From Pasteurella multocida (GTDB taxonomy: Bacteria > Pseudomonadota > Gammaproteobacteria > Enterobacterales > Pasteurellaceae): a stretch of DNA of 32,000 nt. The position numbers and the translations under genes are program-made. The notes beneath the pieces are model-generated. The model saw only the letters and a program-made list of their open reading frames with translations. It was not told where the DNA came from and searched no databases. The DNA lies in the NCBI RefSeq assembly GCF_900187275.1, contig NZ_LT906458.1, forward strand, positions 1,590,001-1,622,000. The letters run 5' to 3'. The first letter of the stretch is position 1; the number at the start of each line of letters is the position of its first letter. Shown here in pieces: positions 10,519-20,096 of this stretch.

Positions 10519-12069
10519 ATGAAGAGTGAAAATGTCATGGAAAAAGGCACCGCACTTTCCATTCCCTCGCGTCTCGAAGCGAGGGAAATTGCTGCCATTG
10601 ATTTGGGTTCAAATAGCTTTCATATGATTGTCGCACGTATTATGAATGGCTCTATTCAGATTCTTTCTCGTTTAAAGCAAAAAGTCCAGCTCGCAGAGGG
10701 CTTAGATGAAAACAATGTTCTCAACCAAGCGGCAATTACTCGTGGCGTAAATTGTTTAGCCTTGTTTGCGGAGCGCTTACAGGGGTTTGCACCAGAAAAT
10801 GTCAATGTTGTTGGCACCTATACCTTACGTCGTGCAGTGAACAATGACGAGTTTTTACGCCAAGCCAAAGCTGTTTTCCCTTATCCAATCAATATCATTA
10901 CAGGGAAAACCGAAGCGCAAACTATTTATGCCGGTGTGTCACACACCCAACCTGAAACTGGAAAAAAATTTGTCATTGATATTGGCGGTGGCTCGACTGA
11001 AATGATTATTGGGGAAAATTTCACCCCTATTTTAGCTGAAAGTCGACATATGGGGTGTGTCAGCTTTGCGAAACAATTTTTCCCTCAAGGTGAAATCAGT
11101 CAGTTACATTTTGAAAATGCTCGTCAAGCCGCATTAATGAAAATTGAAGACTTAGCCTATGAATATCGGCATTTGGGCTGGGATGTGGTGTTAGGCTCCT
11201 CTGGTACAATTAAAACTGTACATCAAGTCATCATGGCAAATATTGATCCAAACGGTCTTATCACCCCTGAACGTCTACAACAATTAATCAAACAAACATT
11301 ACAGCATACCCACTTTGAAGATCTGAAATTATCCGGCTTGATTGAAGAACGTGCTGATGTCTTTGTGCCCGGATTGGCTATTTTGAGTGCTGTATTTGAA
11401 ACATTTGGTATTCAACAAATGCGTTATTCTGATGGGGCGTTACGCGAAGGGGTCATGTATAGCCTCGAAAAGACCTTTCAAGTGAGCAATATTCGTGAGC
11501 GGACGGCGTTAGGTTTAGCAGAACAATTTACCATAGACCAAGCCCAAGCAGAACGTGTCCATCAAAGTGTTAAACTGCTTAGCCAACAATATCGCCATTG
11601 GAAAAAACCACAACTGGCAGCAGAGATGATCGAAATCGTCCTGTGGGCAGCACGTTTACATGAAGTCGGCATTGTGATTAACCATAAAGGGATGCAAAAA
11701 CACTCCGCCTATATTTTACAAAATATAGAATTACCGGGTTTCGATAAAGAACAACAACGCTTATTAGCCACCTTAGTGCGTTATCAAATTAACCTGTTTA
11801 AACTGTCTGAATTAAGTAAATTTGCACGGTATGATGAACAAGATGTGTTAGCCTTAGTACGTTTATTACGCTTAGCCATTATCTTAAACAAATCCCGTCA
11901 AGCCACAGAGAAAACCGAGCAAATCACCTTGACGTTCAACCGTGCTTTAACCCATTGGACACTCAAGTTTGCACAAGGCTATTTGACGCATACACCGCTG
12001 ATCTGTAACGAGCTAAAAGCCGAAAAACGCGTGCTTAGTGAAATGGGATTAGATATCACGTTTAACTAA
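10519..12069 (+). CDS. ppx: exopolyphosphatase / guanosine pentaphosphate phosphohydrolase (Ppx/GppA family)
   Basis: 516 aa. N-terminal ASKHA-fold motifs (AAIDLGSNSFHM, VIDIGGGSTE) and a C-terminal HD-like region. I cannot separate Ppx from GppA by eye. An alternative start is Met7 at 10537. Confidence 0.82.
   Translation: MKSENVMEKGTALSIPSRLEAREIAAIDLGSNSFHMIVARIMNGSIQILSRLKQKVQLAEGLDENNVLNQAAITRGVNCLALFAERLQGFAPENVNVVGTYTLRRAVNNDEFLRQAKAVFPYPINIITGKTEAQTIYAGVSHTQPETGKKFVIDIGGGSTEMIIGENFTPILAESRHMGCVSFAKQFFPQGEISQLHFENARQAALMKIEDLAYEYRHLGWDVVLGSSGTIKTVHQVIMANIDPNGLITPERLQQLIKQTLQHTHFEDLKLSGLIEERADVFVPGLAILSAVFETFGIQQMRYSDGALREGVMYSLEKTFQVSNIRERTALGLAEQFTIDQAQAERVHQSVKLLSQQYRHWKKPQLAAEMIEIVLWAARLHEVGIVINHKGMQKHSAYILQNIELPGFDKEQQRLLATLVRYQINLFKLSELSKFARYDEQDVLALVRLLRLAIILNKSRQATEKTEQITLTFNRALTHWTLKFAQGYLTHTPLICNELKAEKRVLSEMGLDITFN
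10549..10557 (-). repeat. uptake signal sequence (Hin-type USS core)
   Basis: Exact ACCGCACTT on the + strand, near the 5' end of ppx. Confidence 0.85.
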
Positions 12070-12074
12070 ACAAA

Positions 12075-12096
12075 CTGCCCACCAACAGGTGGGCAG
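12075..12096. terminator. hairpin between convergent ppx and glmU (probable bidirectional terminator)
   Basis: ctgcccacc (12075-12083) pairs with ggtgggcag (12088-12096), loop aaca. The T-rich tail is present only for the minus-strand (glmU) direction. Confidence 0.6.
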
Positions 12097-12118
12097 CAAG
12101 TACATAAATACTGTTCGT

Positions 12119-12127
12119 AAGTGCGGT
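12119..12127 (+). repeat. uptake signal sequence (Hin-type USS core)
   Basis: Exact AAGTGCGGT, overlapping the glmU stop codon. Confidence 0.85.
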
Positions 12128-13503
12128 TACTTTTTCGTTTGTTTAGTAGGGCGTTGCCAACCTTGAATATGACGTTGAGGAACACGTGAAATCACTAACT
12201 CATCACAAGCCACATCTTTGGTCACCGTAGTCCCCGCACCAATGGTTGCACCCGCTTCGATAGTAACCGGTGCCACGAGTTGTACATCAGACCCTACAAA
12301 CACATTATCACCAATAATGGTCTTAAATTTATTTGCGCCATCATAGTTACAAGTGATCACGCCTGCACCAATATTACATTGCATCCCGACTTCGGCATCT
12401 CCCACATAACTTAAATGGTTTACTTTCGAGCCCGTCCCAATATGCGCTTTCTTAATTTCAACGAAATTACCAATATGTGTGTTGTCGGCTAATGCAGCCC
12501 CCGGACGCAAACGAGAGAAGGGTCCAATTTGCGCAGCTTGTCCAACAATCGCCTCTTCCAACACAGAATAAGGTTTAATTTCTACATCATCACCAATCTG
12601 GCAATTTTTTAACACACAACCAGCTCCAATTTTAACTCGGTGACCTAAGCTGACTTTGCCCTCGATAATCACGTTCACATCAATTTCCACGTCTTTCCCA
12701 TGGCTTAGTTCCCCGCGTAAATCAAAACGCTCAGGATCCGCTAATGCCACTCCAGCCAATAATAAATTGTCTGCTTGTTTGCGCTGATAATAACGCTCTA
12801 AACGCGCTAATTGCTGACGGTTATTCACGCCCTCTACTTCCATAAAGTTACTGGCTTGTACCGCCACTACTTGGCAACCGTCTTGATTCGCTAAGGCGAT
12901 CACATCCGTAATATAATATTCTCCCTGTGCATTGTTGTTGGTTAACTGTGATAACCATTTTTTCAAACTTTTACCGTCTGCCACTAACAAGCCTGTGTTA
13001 ATTTCTTGGATTTTTAATTGCTCTGCATTGGCATCTTTTTGTTCCACAATCGCCACCACATTGCCATTTTCACGCACAATACGCCCATAACCAGTTGGGT
13101 CATCTAATACGACGGTCAATAATGCAATACCATGTTCAGGTTTTGCCGCAATTAATGTTTGTAAGGTTTCCGCAGTAATTAATGGTCCATCACCATAAAG
13201 CATCAAAATATTTTCATCATCTGCAAAAAACGGGGCTGCTTGCTGCATAGCATGCCCCGTACCTAATTGCTCGGCTTGTAAGACCCAATTCACAGGTTCA
13301 TCTTGCAAACGAGTTTGCATCACTTCCCCACCATGTCCATACACTAAATGGATATTTTTTGCATGAATGGATTTCACCGTATCGATCACATGTTTTACCA
13401 TCGGTTTTCCGGCAATTTTATGTAGCACTTTTGGTAAATCAGAATACATCCGCGTCCCTTTACCGGCCGCTAAAATCACGATACTTAATGCTTTCTCTTT
13501 CAT
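12127..13503 (-). CDS. glmU: bifunctional UDP-N-acetylglucosamine pyrophosphorylase / glucosamine-1-phosphate N-acetyltransferase
   Basis: 458 aa. N-terminal LAAGKGTRM nucleotidyltransferase motif and C-terminal hexapeptide-repeat (left-handed beta-helix) region. Confidence 0.95.
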   Translation of the reverse strand: MKEKALSIVILAAGKGTRMYSDLPKVLHKIAGKPMVKHVIDTVKSIHAKNIHLVYGHGGEVMQTRLQDEPVNWVLQAEQLGTGHAMQQAAPFFADDENILMLYGDGPLITAETLQTLIAAKPEHGIALLTVVLDDPTGYGRIVRENGNVVAIVEQKDANAEQLKIQEINTGLLVADGKSLKKWLSQLTNNNAQGEYYITDVIALANQDGCQVVAVQASNFMEVEGVNNRQQLARLERYYQRKQADNLLLAGVALADPERFDLRGELSHGKDVEIDVNVIIEGKVSLGHRVKIGAGCVLKNCQIGDDVEIKPYSVLEEAIVGQAAQIGPFSRLRPGAALADNTHIGNFVEIKKAHIGTGSKVNHLSYVGDAEVGMQCNIGAGVITCNYDGANKFKTIIGDNVFVGSDVQLVAPVTIEAGATIGAGTTVTKDVACDELVISRVPQRHIQGWQRPTKQTKK

Positions 13504-13686
13504 AATCTTCTCTTGTTTGATGAATAAAAAAATAACTGCTCAAAATTATAATCTAACTTTACAATAAAAATAAACGCACATCACCCAAAACAAGCCAGCT
13601 AAAGCAAGTAAATTGAAACAGCAAATAAAGCGGTGTATAGTGAGGACTCAATGCTAACCATATTCATGTGATGTTAAGAGGTAAAT

Positions 13687-14220
13687 ATGCAGACATTTTC
13701 AAAACTTAGCTTTTTGTGCTTGTTATCTTTTGGTCTAATCGCCTGTGACCAGATAACCCAATTCACAACCACATCCAACAGCACAAATCAAACGAAAGCC
13801 CCCGCGGTAGCCTTAGATCCTAAAGCAGAATTCTATCTTTTTATTGATTTTCAAAACGCCAATAATGCCAAAATCGCCGCCCTCAATCATGAAATCGCCA
13901 ATGTGACACAATCTGGCGATATCGCCAGCTTAGCACCTCTCGTGAACAAATTTTCAACGGAAATTAAGGCGATTGTGAAAGATCTCGATACACTCCCTAT
14001 TTACAGTGCTGAAATTCTTAAACTCAAAGAGAAAGCCAAGGTTTTACTGGTTACGTCCGCTGAACTGATCAGTGATAATGTAAAATTACATCATAATCCT
14101 TCGCCAGAAGGTTCAATGGCGTTATTACAGAAAAGAGATATCTTACTTAAAATAAGTAATGAATTTTCGCAAATGAATGACGAATTAATGCAAAAATATG
14201 GTCCGCCACCACAACCTTAA
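13687..14220 (+). CDS. predicted lipoprotein of unknown function
   Basis: 177 aa. Signal peptide with lipobox LIAC (…LSFGLIAC|DQ). The mature part looks helical and ends GPPPQP. AGAGG SD upstream. Own terminator downstream. Confidence 0.7.
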   Translation: MQTFSKLSFLCLLSFGLIACDQITQFTTTSNSTNQTKAPAVALDPKAEFYLFIDFQNANNAKIAALNHEIANVTQSGDIASLAPLVNKFSTEIKAIVKDLDTLPIYSAEILKLKEKAKVLLVTSAELISDNVKLHHNPSPEGSMALLQKRDILLKISNEFSQMNDELMQKYGPPPQP

Positions 14221-14242
14221 TCTTGATAGCAAACAGAAAAAC

Positions 14243-14274
14243 AAAACCGCACATTAAAAACATGTGCGGTTTTT
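14243..14274. terminator. bidirectional intrinsic terminator built from an inverted pair of USS-like 9-mers
   Basis: aaaaccgcacat (14243-14254) pairs with atgtgcggtttt (14262-14273), loop taaaaac, with A and T runs on either side. Each arm core (ATGTGCGGT) differs from AAGTGCGGT at one base. It sits between the convergent lipoprotein gene and rsmJ. Confidence 0.8.
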
Positions 14275-14347
14275 GCATGAATATCGTGCGGTTCAAATAC
14301 GACTCAACGTTGCTACTCAGCGTAGCTGGGCATTTTCATTCATCAGC

Positions 14348-15106
14348 TTACCCAGTTAAATAAATATCAAAACGATGATTCTTCGTTTCTCGACTAAAGT
14401 GCGGTGATTGTTGCGCAAGAAATGGCGCGTAGTCAGGACGTTTCACCACCACACGTTTGTTTGCCAACGCTAAGGCGGGTTCGAGTAAGTTATCGGCATC
14501 CAGATCTGCCCCAACTAAATGCTGAAACACACGCATTTCTTTTTTGACTAAAGCACTTTTGGGTTTATGTGGATACATTGGATCAAGATAGACGACATCA
14601 ACACAATCCAATGCAGGATTTAATTGCGCAATGTGACTCACAGGTAATAATTGCATATTTTGTTGCAACATTTCGCCAATCTCACTGTCAGCATAAGCGC
14701 GCTGTAAGCCATCTTGTAGTAATAAACGTACCACCGGATGACGCTCCACTAAACGCACTCGGCAACCGATCGATGCCAATACAAACGCATCTCGTCCAAG
14801 TCCCGCTGTCGCATCAATCACTGTCGGCAAATAGCCTGACTTAATGCCTACCGCTTTTGCCACAGCCTCCCCTCGTCCGCCACCAAATTTACGCCGATGT
14901 GCCATCGCGCCCGCGACAAAATCTACAAACACCGCGCCCAGTTTTGCTTCATCTAATTTACGTAACTCTAAACGGACTTGTCCCAGCTCATCATAGGTTT
15001 GTACCAGTGCCAAATAACTTTCCGGATCGTGCACTAAACTATATTGTGTACAAAGTGCGGTGAATTTTTCAGGATTTTCCGTTTCACAAATCAGTTGAAT
15101 ATTCAT
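14348..15106 (-). CDS. rsmJ: 16S rRNA (guanine1516-N2)-methyltransferase (YhiQ family)
   Basis: 252 aa. RsmJ/YhiQ-like sequence with the SAM-binding [11 protein letters not shown] motif. Its start lies 3 nt after the trmA stop. Confidence 0.85.
   Translation of the reverse strand: MNIQLICETENPEKFTALCTQYSLVHDPESYLALVQTYDELGQVRLELRKLDEAKLGAVFVDFVAGAMAHRRKFGGGRGEAVAKAVGIKSGYLPTVIDATAGLGRDAFVLASIGCRVRLVERHPVVRLLLQDGLQRAYADSEIGEMLQQNMQLLPVSHIAQLNPALDCVDVVYLDPMYPHKPKSALVKKEMRVFQHLVGADLDADNLLEPALALANKRVVVKRPDYAPFLAQQSPHFSRETKNHRFDIYLTG
14397..14405 (+). repeat. uptake signal sequence (Hin-type USS core)
   Basis: Exact AAGTGCGGT, inside rsmJ. Confidence 0.85.
15053..15061 (+). repeat. uptake signal sequence (Hin-type USS core)
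   Basis: Exact AAGTGCGGT, inside rsmJ. Confidence 0.85.
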
Positions 15107-15109
15107 AGC

Positions 15110-16207
15110 TTATTTCCGAATTAACCACACACCGGCTTCCATATGTTCGGTATAGGGGAATTGATCGAACAAGGCGGCTTTTTCAATACGGTGTGTTTGA
15201 CAAAGATGTTGTAAATTATCGCACAAAGTATGTGGATTACATGAAATATACAAAATACGATCATAATTCTGTACTAATTTCACCGTTTCCTCATCTAAAC
15301 CAGCACGAGGCGGATCCACAAAAATGGTATTACATTCATAGGCGTTTAAATCAATGCCCTTTAAGCGATGAAATTCACGCACGCCATTCATCGCTTGCGT
15401 GAATTCTTCTGCGGACATCCGAATAATTTGCAAATTCTTAATGCTATTTTCGGCAATATTAAATTGGGCGGCTGCCACCGAGGGTTTGGCAATTTCTGTC
15501 GCCAAAACCTTGCGGAAATTTTGTGCAAGCGCAATAGAAAAATTACCGTTGCCACAATAAAGCTCAAGCAAATCACCTTCACTGTTTTGGGTACAGTCCA
15601 CCGCCCACTCAAGCATTTTCTGATTCACGATCGCATTGGGTTGAGTAAAGCTGTTTTCCACTTGACGATACACATAAGATTTTCCATGCACCGTTAACAC
15701 TTCATCGACAAATTCCTGATCCAAACAGATTTTTTGTTTGCTAGCACGCCCAATCAGTTGTAAGTCAAAGCCTTGTTGTAACAAACTTGTTTTTAATTGT
15801 TTTGCTGCCTGTTCCCATTGTTCATCAAGGGTTTTGTGATATAGCAAACTGACAATGATCTTATTGCTTAAAGTGCTTAAATAATCAATTTGGAACAGTT
15901 TATGATGTAGTACCCTGTTTGTTTTTAGCAACGGTAAGAGCGTATCCATCATCTGATTAATAAGCTGACTTGCCATCGGAAAACAATCGACACGATAACG
16001 TTGACGAGTCCGTTGATCGAACATGATATGGTAAAAATCCCCTTTGTCATGCCAAATACGAAACTCTGCACGCATACGATAATGCTGTACAGGTGAAGGA
16101 AAAACCGCCAATGCGGGAGCATGAAAAGGCGCTAAAAGTGCGGTCAGTTTTTTCTGTTTTTCCGCCAATAAGCTGTCATATTGTTCAATAGGAAGCAACG
16201 CTTGCAT
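15110..16207 (-). CDS. trmA: tRNA/tmRNA (uracil54-C5)-methyltransferase
   Basis: The track ORF is 15110..16270. I trim the start to Met22 (ATG at 16207) because [21 protein letters not shown] aligns with the E. coli TrmA N-terminus (…LPTEQYEAQLAEK). [12 protein letters not shown] and the C-terminal catalytic region are present. Confidence 0.9.
   Translation of the reverse strand: MQALLPIEQYDSLLAEKQKKLTALLAPFHAPALAVFPSPVQHYRMRAEFRIWHDKGDFYHIMFDQRTRQRYRVDCFPMASQLINQMMDTLLPLLKTNRVLHHKLFQIDYLSTLSNKIIVSLLYHKTLDEQWEQAAKQLKTSLLQQGFDLQLIGRASKQKICLDQEFVDEVLTVHGKSYVYRQVENSFTQPNAIVNQKMLEWAVDCTQNSEGDLLELYCGNGNFSIALAQNFRKVLATEIAKPSVAAAQFNIAENSIKNLQIIRMSAEEFTQAMNGVREFHRLKGIDLNAYECNTIFVDPPRAGLDEETVKLVQNYDRILYISCNPHTLCDNLQHLCQTHRIEKAALFDQFPYTEHMEAGVWLIRK
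16136..16144 (+). repeat. uptake signal sequence (Hin-type USS core)
   Basis: Exact AAGTGCGGT, inside the trmA 5' region. Confidence 0.85.
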
Positions 16208-16246
16208 AAGATGAGTTCTATAATGATGTCTGTATGAAATGAAGAT

Positions 16247-16277
16247 AAAAGGCTCAGTTTCATTGTCCAAGCCTTTT
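16247..16277 (-). terminator. possible hairpin or weak terminator between maoP and trmA
   Basis: aaaaggct (16247-16254) pairs with agcctttt (16270-16277). The 15-nt loop is large and the tail only moderately T-rich, so this is weak. Confidence 0.3.
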
Positions 16278-16293
16278 ATAAGATGACGCGAGA

Positions 16294-16623
16294 TTATTCT
16301 GCTGAGAAATCGTCTAAATTATCGGTACCAACTACACCTGATAAAGTATAAACACGTTTAGTCGTCGAGATACGCGCACGATACTTAGACCATGTTTTCT
16401 CAAAAAAGGTTTCTGCTGGACGCTCTCCACGGCAGAATGCAACAAAGTTTTTTTCTTCTTTTGTCACAGGTTCACGTTCGCCTGATTCTAATGCTTTAAA
16501 GGCTTGTCCATATTGTTCAAGGACTTGTGATTCCTTGATTGTATAATCGCCATGACGTGAGAAGCCTCTCGGGTAATTTTTATCATCAAAAAAACGACGT
16601 GTAACACTAAAACTTTCTGCCAT
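16294..16623 (-). CDS. maoP: macrodomain Ori protein MaoP (YifE, DUF413)
   Basis: 109 aa. MAESF…[15 protein letters not shown]…[19 protein letters not shown] closely parallels E. coli YifE. Confidence 0.85.
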   Translation of the reverse strand: MAESFSVTRRFFDDKNYPRGFSRHGDYTIKESQVLEQYGQAFKALESGEREPVTKEEKNFVAFCRGERPAETFFEKTWSKYRARISTTKRVYTLSGVVGTDNLDDFSAE

Positions 16624-16680
16624 AATATCCTCTACAATAAGCTATTCGTTCAAAAAACGAAGCATTAAACCAATTTTTTG

Positions 16681-17301
16681 TTATTTTTGCAATAAACCTT
16701 TTACTGTTTCGACATAATCAGCAACAAACGCCTCATGACTGTCGTTTTTCAGTCCTTCAGGATTAACTCGATAACGCCCGTTTACGTAAAAATCTGGCAC
16801 ACCCCGCACTTTCATGTGTTCAGCCGCTGTCACTTGCTTATTAGTTAACGCTGTGACGGCAAAACTGTTAATTCCGCCATCAAATTGTTCTGCACTGAGA
16901 CCATTAGCCAAAAAGATTTGACGAATATCATCCATACTGCGTAATTTATTTTGCTGTGCCGCGAAAAATAAAGGTTCTTTTACTTTATCTTGTACACCGG
17001 TCGCCATAGCCAATGCCCATGCACGAGTAAGATTTTTCCCCATTTCACCGCCTAAAAAGTTGACATGATATTGTTTCAAGCTCACACCTTCTGGCAACTG
17101 CTGTTTCACTTTATTTGGGATTTGGTATTCGTATTCAAACGAATAACAATGTGGACAATAAAAAGAGAAAAACTCGATGACTTCTGCTTGTTGTACAGGT
17201 GCCTGATTTAACGTCACATACTGCTTACCCTCAGTTAAATTTGTCGCTTGTACAGAAACAGCAAAAAGGAATGACGTCACCGCTAAAACTAATTTTTTCA
17301 T
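16681..17301 (-). CDS. dsbA: periplasmic thiol:disulfide oxidoreductase DsbA
   Basis: 206 aa. Signal peptide (…AVSVQA), thioredoxin-fold active site FYCPHCY, DsbA-like length. Confidence 0.92.
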   Translation of the reverse strand: MKKLVLAVTSFLFAVSVQATNLTEGKQYVTLNQAPVQQAEVIEFFSFYCPHCYSFEYEYQIPNKVKQQLPEGVSLKQYHVNFLGGEMGKNLTRAWALAMATGVQDKVKEPLFFAAQQNKLRSMDDIRQIFLANGLSAEQFDGGINSFAVTALTNKQVTAAEHMKVRGVPDFYVNGRYRVNPEGLKNDSHEAFVADYVETVKGLLQK

Positions 17302-17310
17302 TGCAAATCC

Positions 17311-17577
17311 TTATTTAATAATGCCACGCGCTTTCAGCAACGCAGTCTTAAAATCATCTTCGTAATCTTTCTTGATACCCGGGATCGGCGCATTTTTATC
17401 CGTCCCATCCATTTTTAGCTGATAAATGATCACTTCATCGGTTAATTCAGCTAAAGGTTTCTTGAACCCTGCCTCATCGGCAATTTTCTGCAAAATTTGT
17501 AATAAATGCAAATCCGGGTCTTTAGACCAATAAGGCTGTAAAAGTTCCAAAACCTCGTTCAAACGATGACATTTCAT
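17311..17577 (-). CDS. yihD: YihD family protein (DUF1040)
   Basis: The track ORF extends to 17694 and overlaps the mobA start. Trimmed to Met40 (ATG at 17577), because [17 protein letters not shown]…[18 protein letters not shown] matches E. coli YihD end to end (88 aa). Confidence 0.85.
   Translation of the reverse strand: MKCHRLNEVLELLQPYWSKDPDLHLLQILQKIADEAGFKKPLAELTDEVIIYQLKMDGTDKNAPIPGIKKDYEDDFKTALLKARGIIK
17522..17548 (-). promoter_or_regulatory. candidate sigma-E (sigma-24) type promoter inside yihD, reading toward dsbA
   Basis: The minus strand reads GGAACTT (17548-17542), a 15-nt spacer, then TCTAA (17526-17522). This is an exact match to both blocks of the E. coli sigma-E promoter pattern, with a spacer one nt shorter than the usual 16. 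Confidence 0.4.
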
Positions 17578-17641
17578 AAAGTTTTCCTTATGATTGAAAA
17601 AATTTGCAAGAATCATACTGTAATTAGAGAAAGAAGAAAAC

Positions 17642-18211
17642 ATGACAATCACATTTAGTGCGGTAATTTTAGCAGGGGGACAAGCGCGTCGCATGGGTGG
17701 CGTGGATAAAGGCTTACAACTTTTTAGAAATCAACCGCTCTTTGAACATATTTACCAGCGTTTACAGCCACAAATTGCTGATATTGCGATTAATGCTAAC
17801 CGTAACCAACAGCGATATGCGCAAAGTGGATTGCCGGTTTTTTCTGATGACTTAGCCGGCTTTCAAGGACCGTTAAGTGGGATCTTAACTGCCTTACAGC
17901 GTGCCCAAAGCAACTTTGTGTTATTTGTGCCTTGTGATTGTCCTTTTTTCCCCATGGATCTGTTTGCCAAACTCAAACACGCTGTCATTTCGCAACACGC
18001 GCAACTTGCCTACGCCCATGACGGCGAACGAGAACATCCCACTTTTTGTTTGGTTTCCACCTCACTCGCACCGGCTTTAGCACAATATCTCGCGACAGGC
18101 GAGCGACGCATGTTAACATTTATGCAGCAACAGCACGCTATAGCGGTCGATTTCTCAGCGACGCCAGATGCCTTTAAAAATATCAACAACTTAGTCGATC
18201 TGCAGACGTAA
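17642..18211 (+). CDS. mobA: molybdenum cofactor guanylyltransferase
   Basis: 189 aa. N-terminal [16 protein letters not shown] motif. Divergent from yihD as in E. coli. Confidence 0.9.
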   Translation: MTITFSAVILAGGQARRMGGVDKGLQLFRNQPLFEHIYQRLQPQIADIAINANRNQQRYAQSGLPVFSDDLAGFQGPLSGILTALQRAQSNFVLFVPCDCPFFPMDLFAKLKHAVISQHAQLAYAHDGEREHPTFCLVSTSLAPALAQYLATGERRMLTFMQQQHAIAVDFSATPDAFKNINNLVDLQT

Positions 18212-18253
18212 ACCACATCCCCATACTTTATCTGCTAAAAGATGTGCAAGAGA

Positions 18254-18282
18254 TTGGCTAATATAGACTTTCACAGTATAAT
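18254..18282 (+). promoter_or_regulatory. candidate sigma-70 promoter for the downstream lipoprotein gene
   Basis: TTGGCT (18254-18259), a 17-nt spacer, then a perfect TATAAT (18277-18282). The AAGGAA SD at 18308-18313 and the ATG at 18320 follow. Confidence 0.5.
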
Positions 18283-18319
18283 CAACGATCAATGCACTGG
18301 ACTGAACAAGGAACTCATT

Positions 18320-18835
18320 ATGTTAAAGTCACTCTCTCTTATCAGCTTAATCACGCTACTTAGCGCGTGTTCAATGTCTTCTTATGTGCCTTTTATGAAT
18401 GATAAAAAAGCGGTGATTGATTTAGATAAAACACAAATTGATCAAAAATCTTATGCGACAGCCTATGAAGCGACGCTTGCTACCTATAAAGGACGAGTGA
18501 ATCAAGATTATGATGTGCACTCATTTAGTAGCGGTGCAAATGATTGGTATTTAAACCGTATTTTATTGCCGATTGACAAAATCAAAGAGAACCTCTATCA
18601 AGGTGGGCATGACTCGAATATTCACGCTTACTATAGTGGTGTCGTGTTTGCCTCCGCTTTACAAAGCAACTTTAACAAGCTTAACCCAAATTGTTGGTCA
18701 TATTTAGATGCGCCTAGTGTCACACAAGGCATATATGATGCAATGAAAGATCTCCAAAAAGGCAAACAAAGGGCTGAAGATGACCCTTATATTGTCCAAG
18801 GTTCTGAACAATTATTAAAACGTTGTGCCCAATAA
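18320..18835 (+). CDS. predicted lipoprotein of unknown function
   Basis: The track ORF starts at 18242. I trim it to the ATG at 18320, which has an AAGGAA SD and gives a signal peptide with lipobox LSAC (MLKSLSLISLITLLSAC|S). The mature protein has two further Cys (NPNCW, KRCAQ). Confidence 0.7.
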   Translation: MLKSLSLISLITLLSACSMSSYVPFMNDKKAVIDLDKTQIDQKSYATAYEATLATYKGRVNQDYDVHSFSSGANDWYLNRILLPIDKIKENLYQGGHDSNIHAYYSGVVFASALQSNFNKLNPNCWSYLDAPSVTQGIYDAMKDLQKGKQRAEDDPYIVQGSEQLLKRCAQ

Positions 18836-18844
18836 AGTGAAAAA

Positions 18845-18873
18845 CTGTTGATGTGAAAATCAGCAGTTTTTTT
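18845..18873 (+). terminator. intrinsic terminator after the lipoprotein gene
   Basis: ctgttgat (18845-18852) pairs with atcagcag (18859-18866) with one G-U pair, loop gtgaaa, then T7 (18867-18873). Confidence 0.7.
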
Positions 18874-18950
18874 CGCTTTTGGCAATAAAGAGAAAGATGA
18901 CATTTTCTCGACATATGCATGATCTATAATGAAGAAGTACAGGAGTCGCC

Positions 18951-20096
18951 GTGTTTGAACTCACCGAAAACGACATTCACTTATCCTCTCAAGCCGTCAA
19001 TAAAGATCAAGCCATTGAAATGGTTGCTCAAGCACTTATACAATCAGGCTACGTAGAAGAAGGCTACTTAGCTGGTATGCTTGAACGTGAAGCGCAGATT
19101 ACTACCTATTTGGGCAATGGTATTGCGATTCCACATGGTTCTGTGACCACCCGCGCTTTAGTCAAAAAAACAGGCGTGAAAATTTTTCAGTTTCCACAAG
19201 GCGTCGCTTGGGATAAAGATAATATCGCCTACCTTGTGATTGGACTTGCCGCTGATTCAGATGGACATCTAGCGCTCCTGCGTCAATTAGCTCGTCTGCT
19301 TCACGATAAAGAAACGGTCAAACACTTAATCACAACACAGGATGTGTCCGAATTTTATGCGCGCTTAATGGGGAAAAGTGCGACTAACCAACCTGATTTA
19401 ATTAGCTTAGATCTTGATACGACTAGCCTATTAACCTTGACAGCACGTAATGCCGAAAAATTACAACAGTACCAAGCCGTCAATAACGAATTTGTTCGTG
19501 AAGTACTTGCTAGCCCTGCGTTGCCTTTAGGGCAAGGGATTTGGTTGACGGATGCTACGCTCGGCAATCAAAAAAATGCTTGTGCTTTTAGTCGTACTAA
19601 AAACCCATTCTTACATAATGGTAAAAGCGTCCATGCCGTACTCACCATTGCAGCAATTGATGATAACATTCATCCCGTCCTAACCCGTTTATTAGCACCA
19701 GAAGTTCAACAACAATTACTCACCGGCTCAAAAGAAACAATTGCCTCCTTATTAAATCTTGAGCACAAGCACGTAAACCAAACGGAAGGGACTGCGGGTT
19801 TAAATGAACAGATTGAACCTATTGAATCGATTTTTACACTGCGTAATCTACATGGGTTACACGCTCGTCCTGCCGCAATCTTAGTCAGTCATCTCAAAAA
19901 ATATAATGCGTCTATCGCCGTGCAAAATTTAACAACCAACAGTCAACTGATCAGCGCAAAAAGTTTGCTGAAAGTTATCGCACTGGGTGCACAACAAGGA
20001 CATCGTTTACGCTTTGTTGCCACTGGTGCAGAAGCACAGCAAGCCATACAATGTGTAGGTGAGCTTATTGACAACCATTTAGGTGAGACAGCATGA
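18951..20096 (+). CDS. fruB: PTS fructose-specific multiphosphoryl transfer protein (IIA-Fru / M domain / FPr HPr-like domain)
   Basis: 381 aa, GTG start, AGGAG SD at 18941-18945. N-terminal IIA with GNGIAIPHGS, C-terminal HPr-like NLHGLHARPAA. Collinear with E. coli FruB. Confidence 0.9.
   Translation: MFELTENDIHLSSQAVNKDQAIEMVAQALIQSGYVEEGYLAGMLEREAQITTYLGNGIAIPHGSVTTRALVKKTGVKIFQFPQGVAWDKDNIAYLVIGLAADSDGHLALLRQLARLLHDKETVKHLITTQDVSEFYARLMGKSATNQPDLISLDLDTTSLLTLTARNAEKLQQYQAVNNEFVREVLASPALPLGQGIWLTDATLGNQKNACAFSRTKNPFLHNGKSVHAVLTIAAIDDNIHPVLTRLLAPEVQQQLLTGSKETIASLLNLEHKHVNQTEGTAGLNEQIEPIESIFTLRNLHGLHARPAAILVSHLKKYNASIAVQNLTTNSQLISAKSLLKVIALGAQQGHRLRFVATGAEAQQAIQCVGELIDNHLGETA

Noticed and set aside
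16208-16270. N-terminal extensions of track ORFs: trmA (16208-16270), yihD (17578-17694), the lipoprotein (18242-18319), torY (26533-26562) and rseA (30099-30221).
   Set aside because: Each extension lacks an SD. Each either overlaps a neighbouring gene or promoter or adds residues absent from the well-known E. coli homologue. The internal Met with an SD fits better.
18417-18430. An FNR-like TTGATttagATAAA (9/10 match) lies inside the lipoprotein coding region.
   Set aside because: It is intragenic, with no downstream -10 or gene start. It is probably a chance match in AT-rich sequence.
18925-18930. A TATAAT lies 20 nt upstream of the fruB GTG and was considered as the fru operon promoter.
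   Set aside because: I found no acceptable -35 at 16-18 nt and no convincing CRP or Cra/FruR operator nearby. The hexamer alone is not enough to call a promoter.
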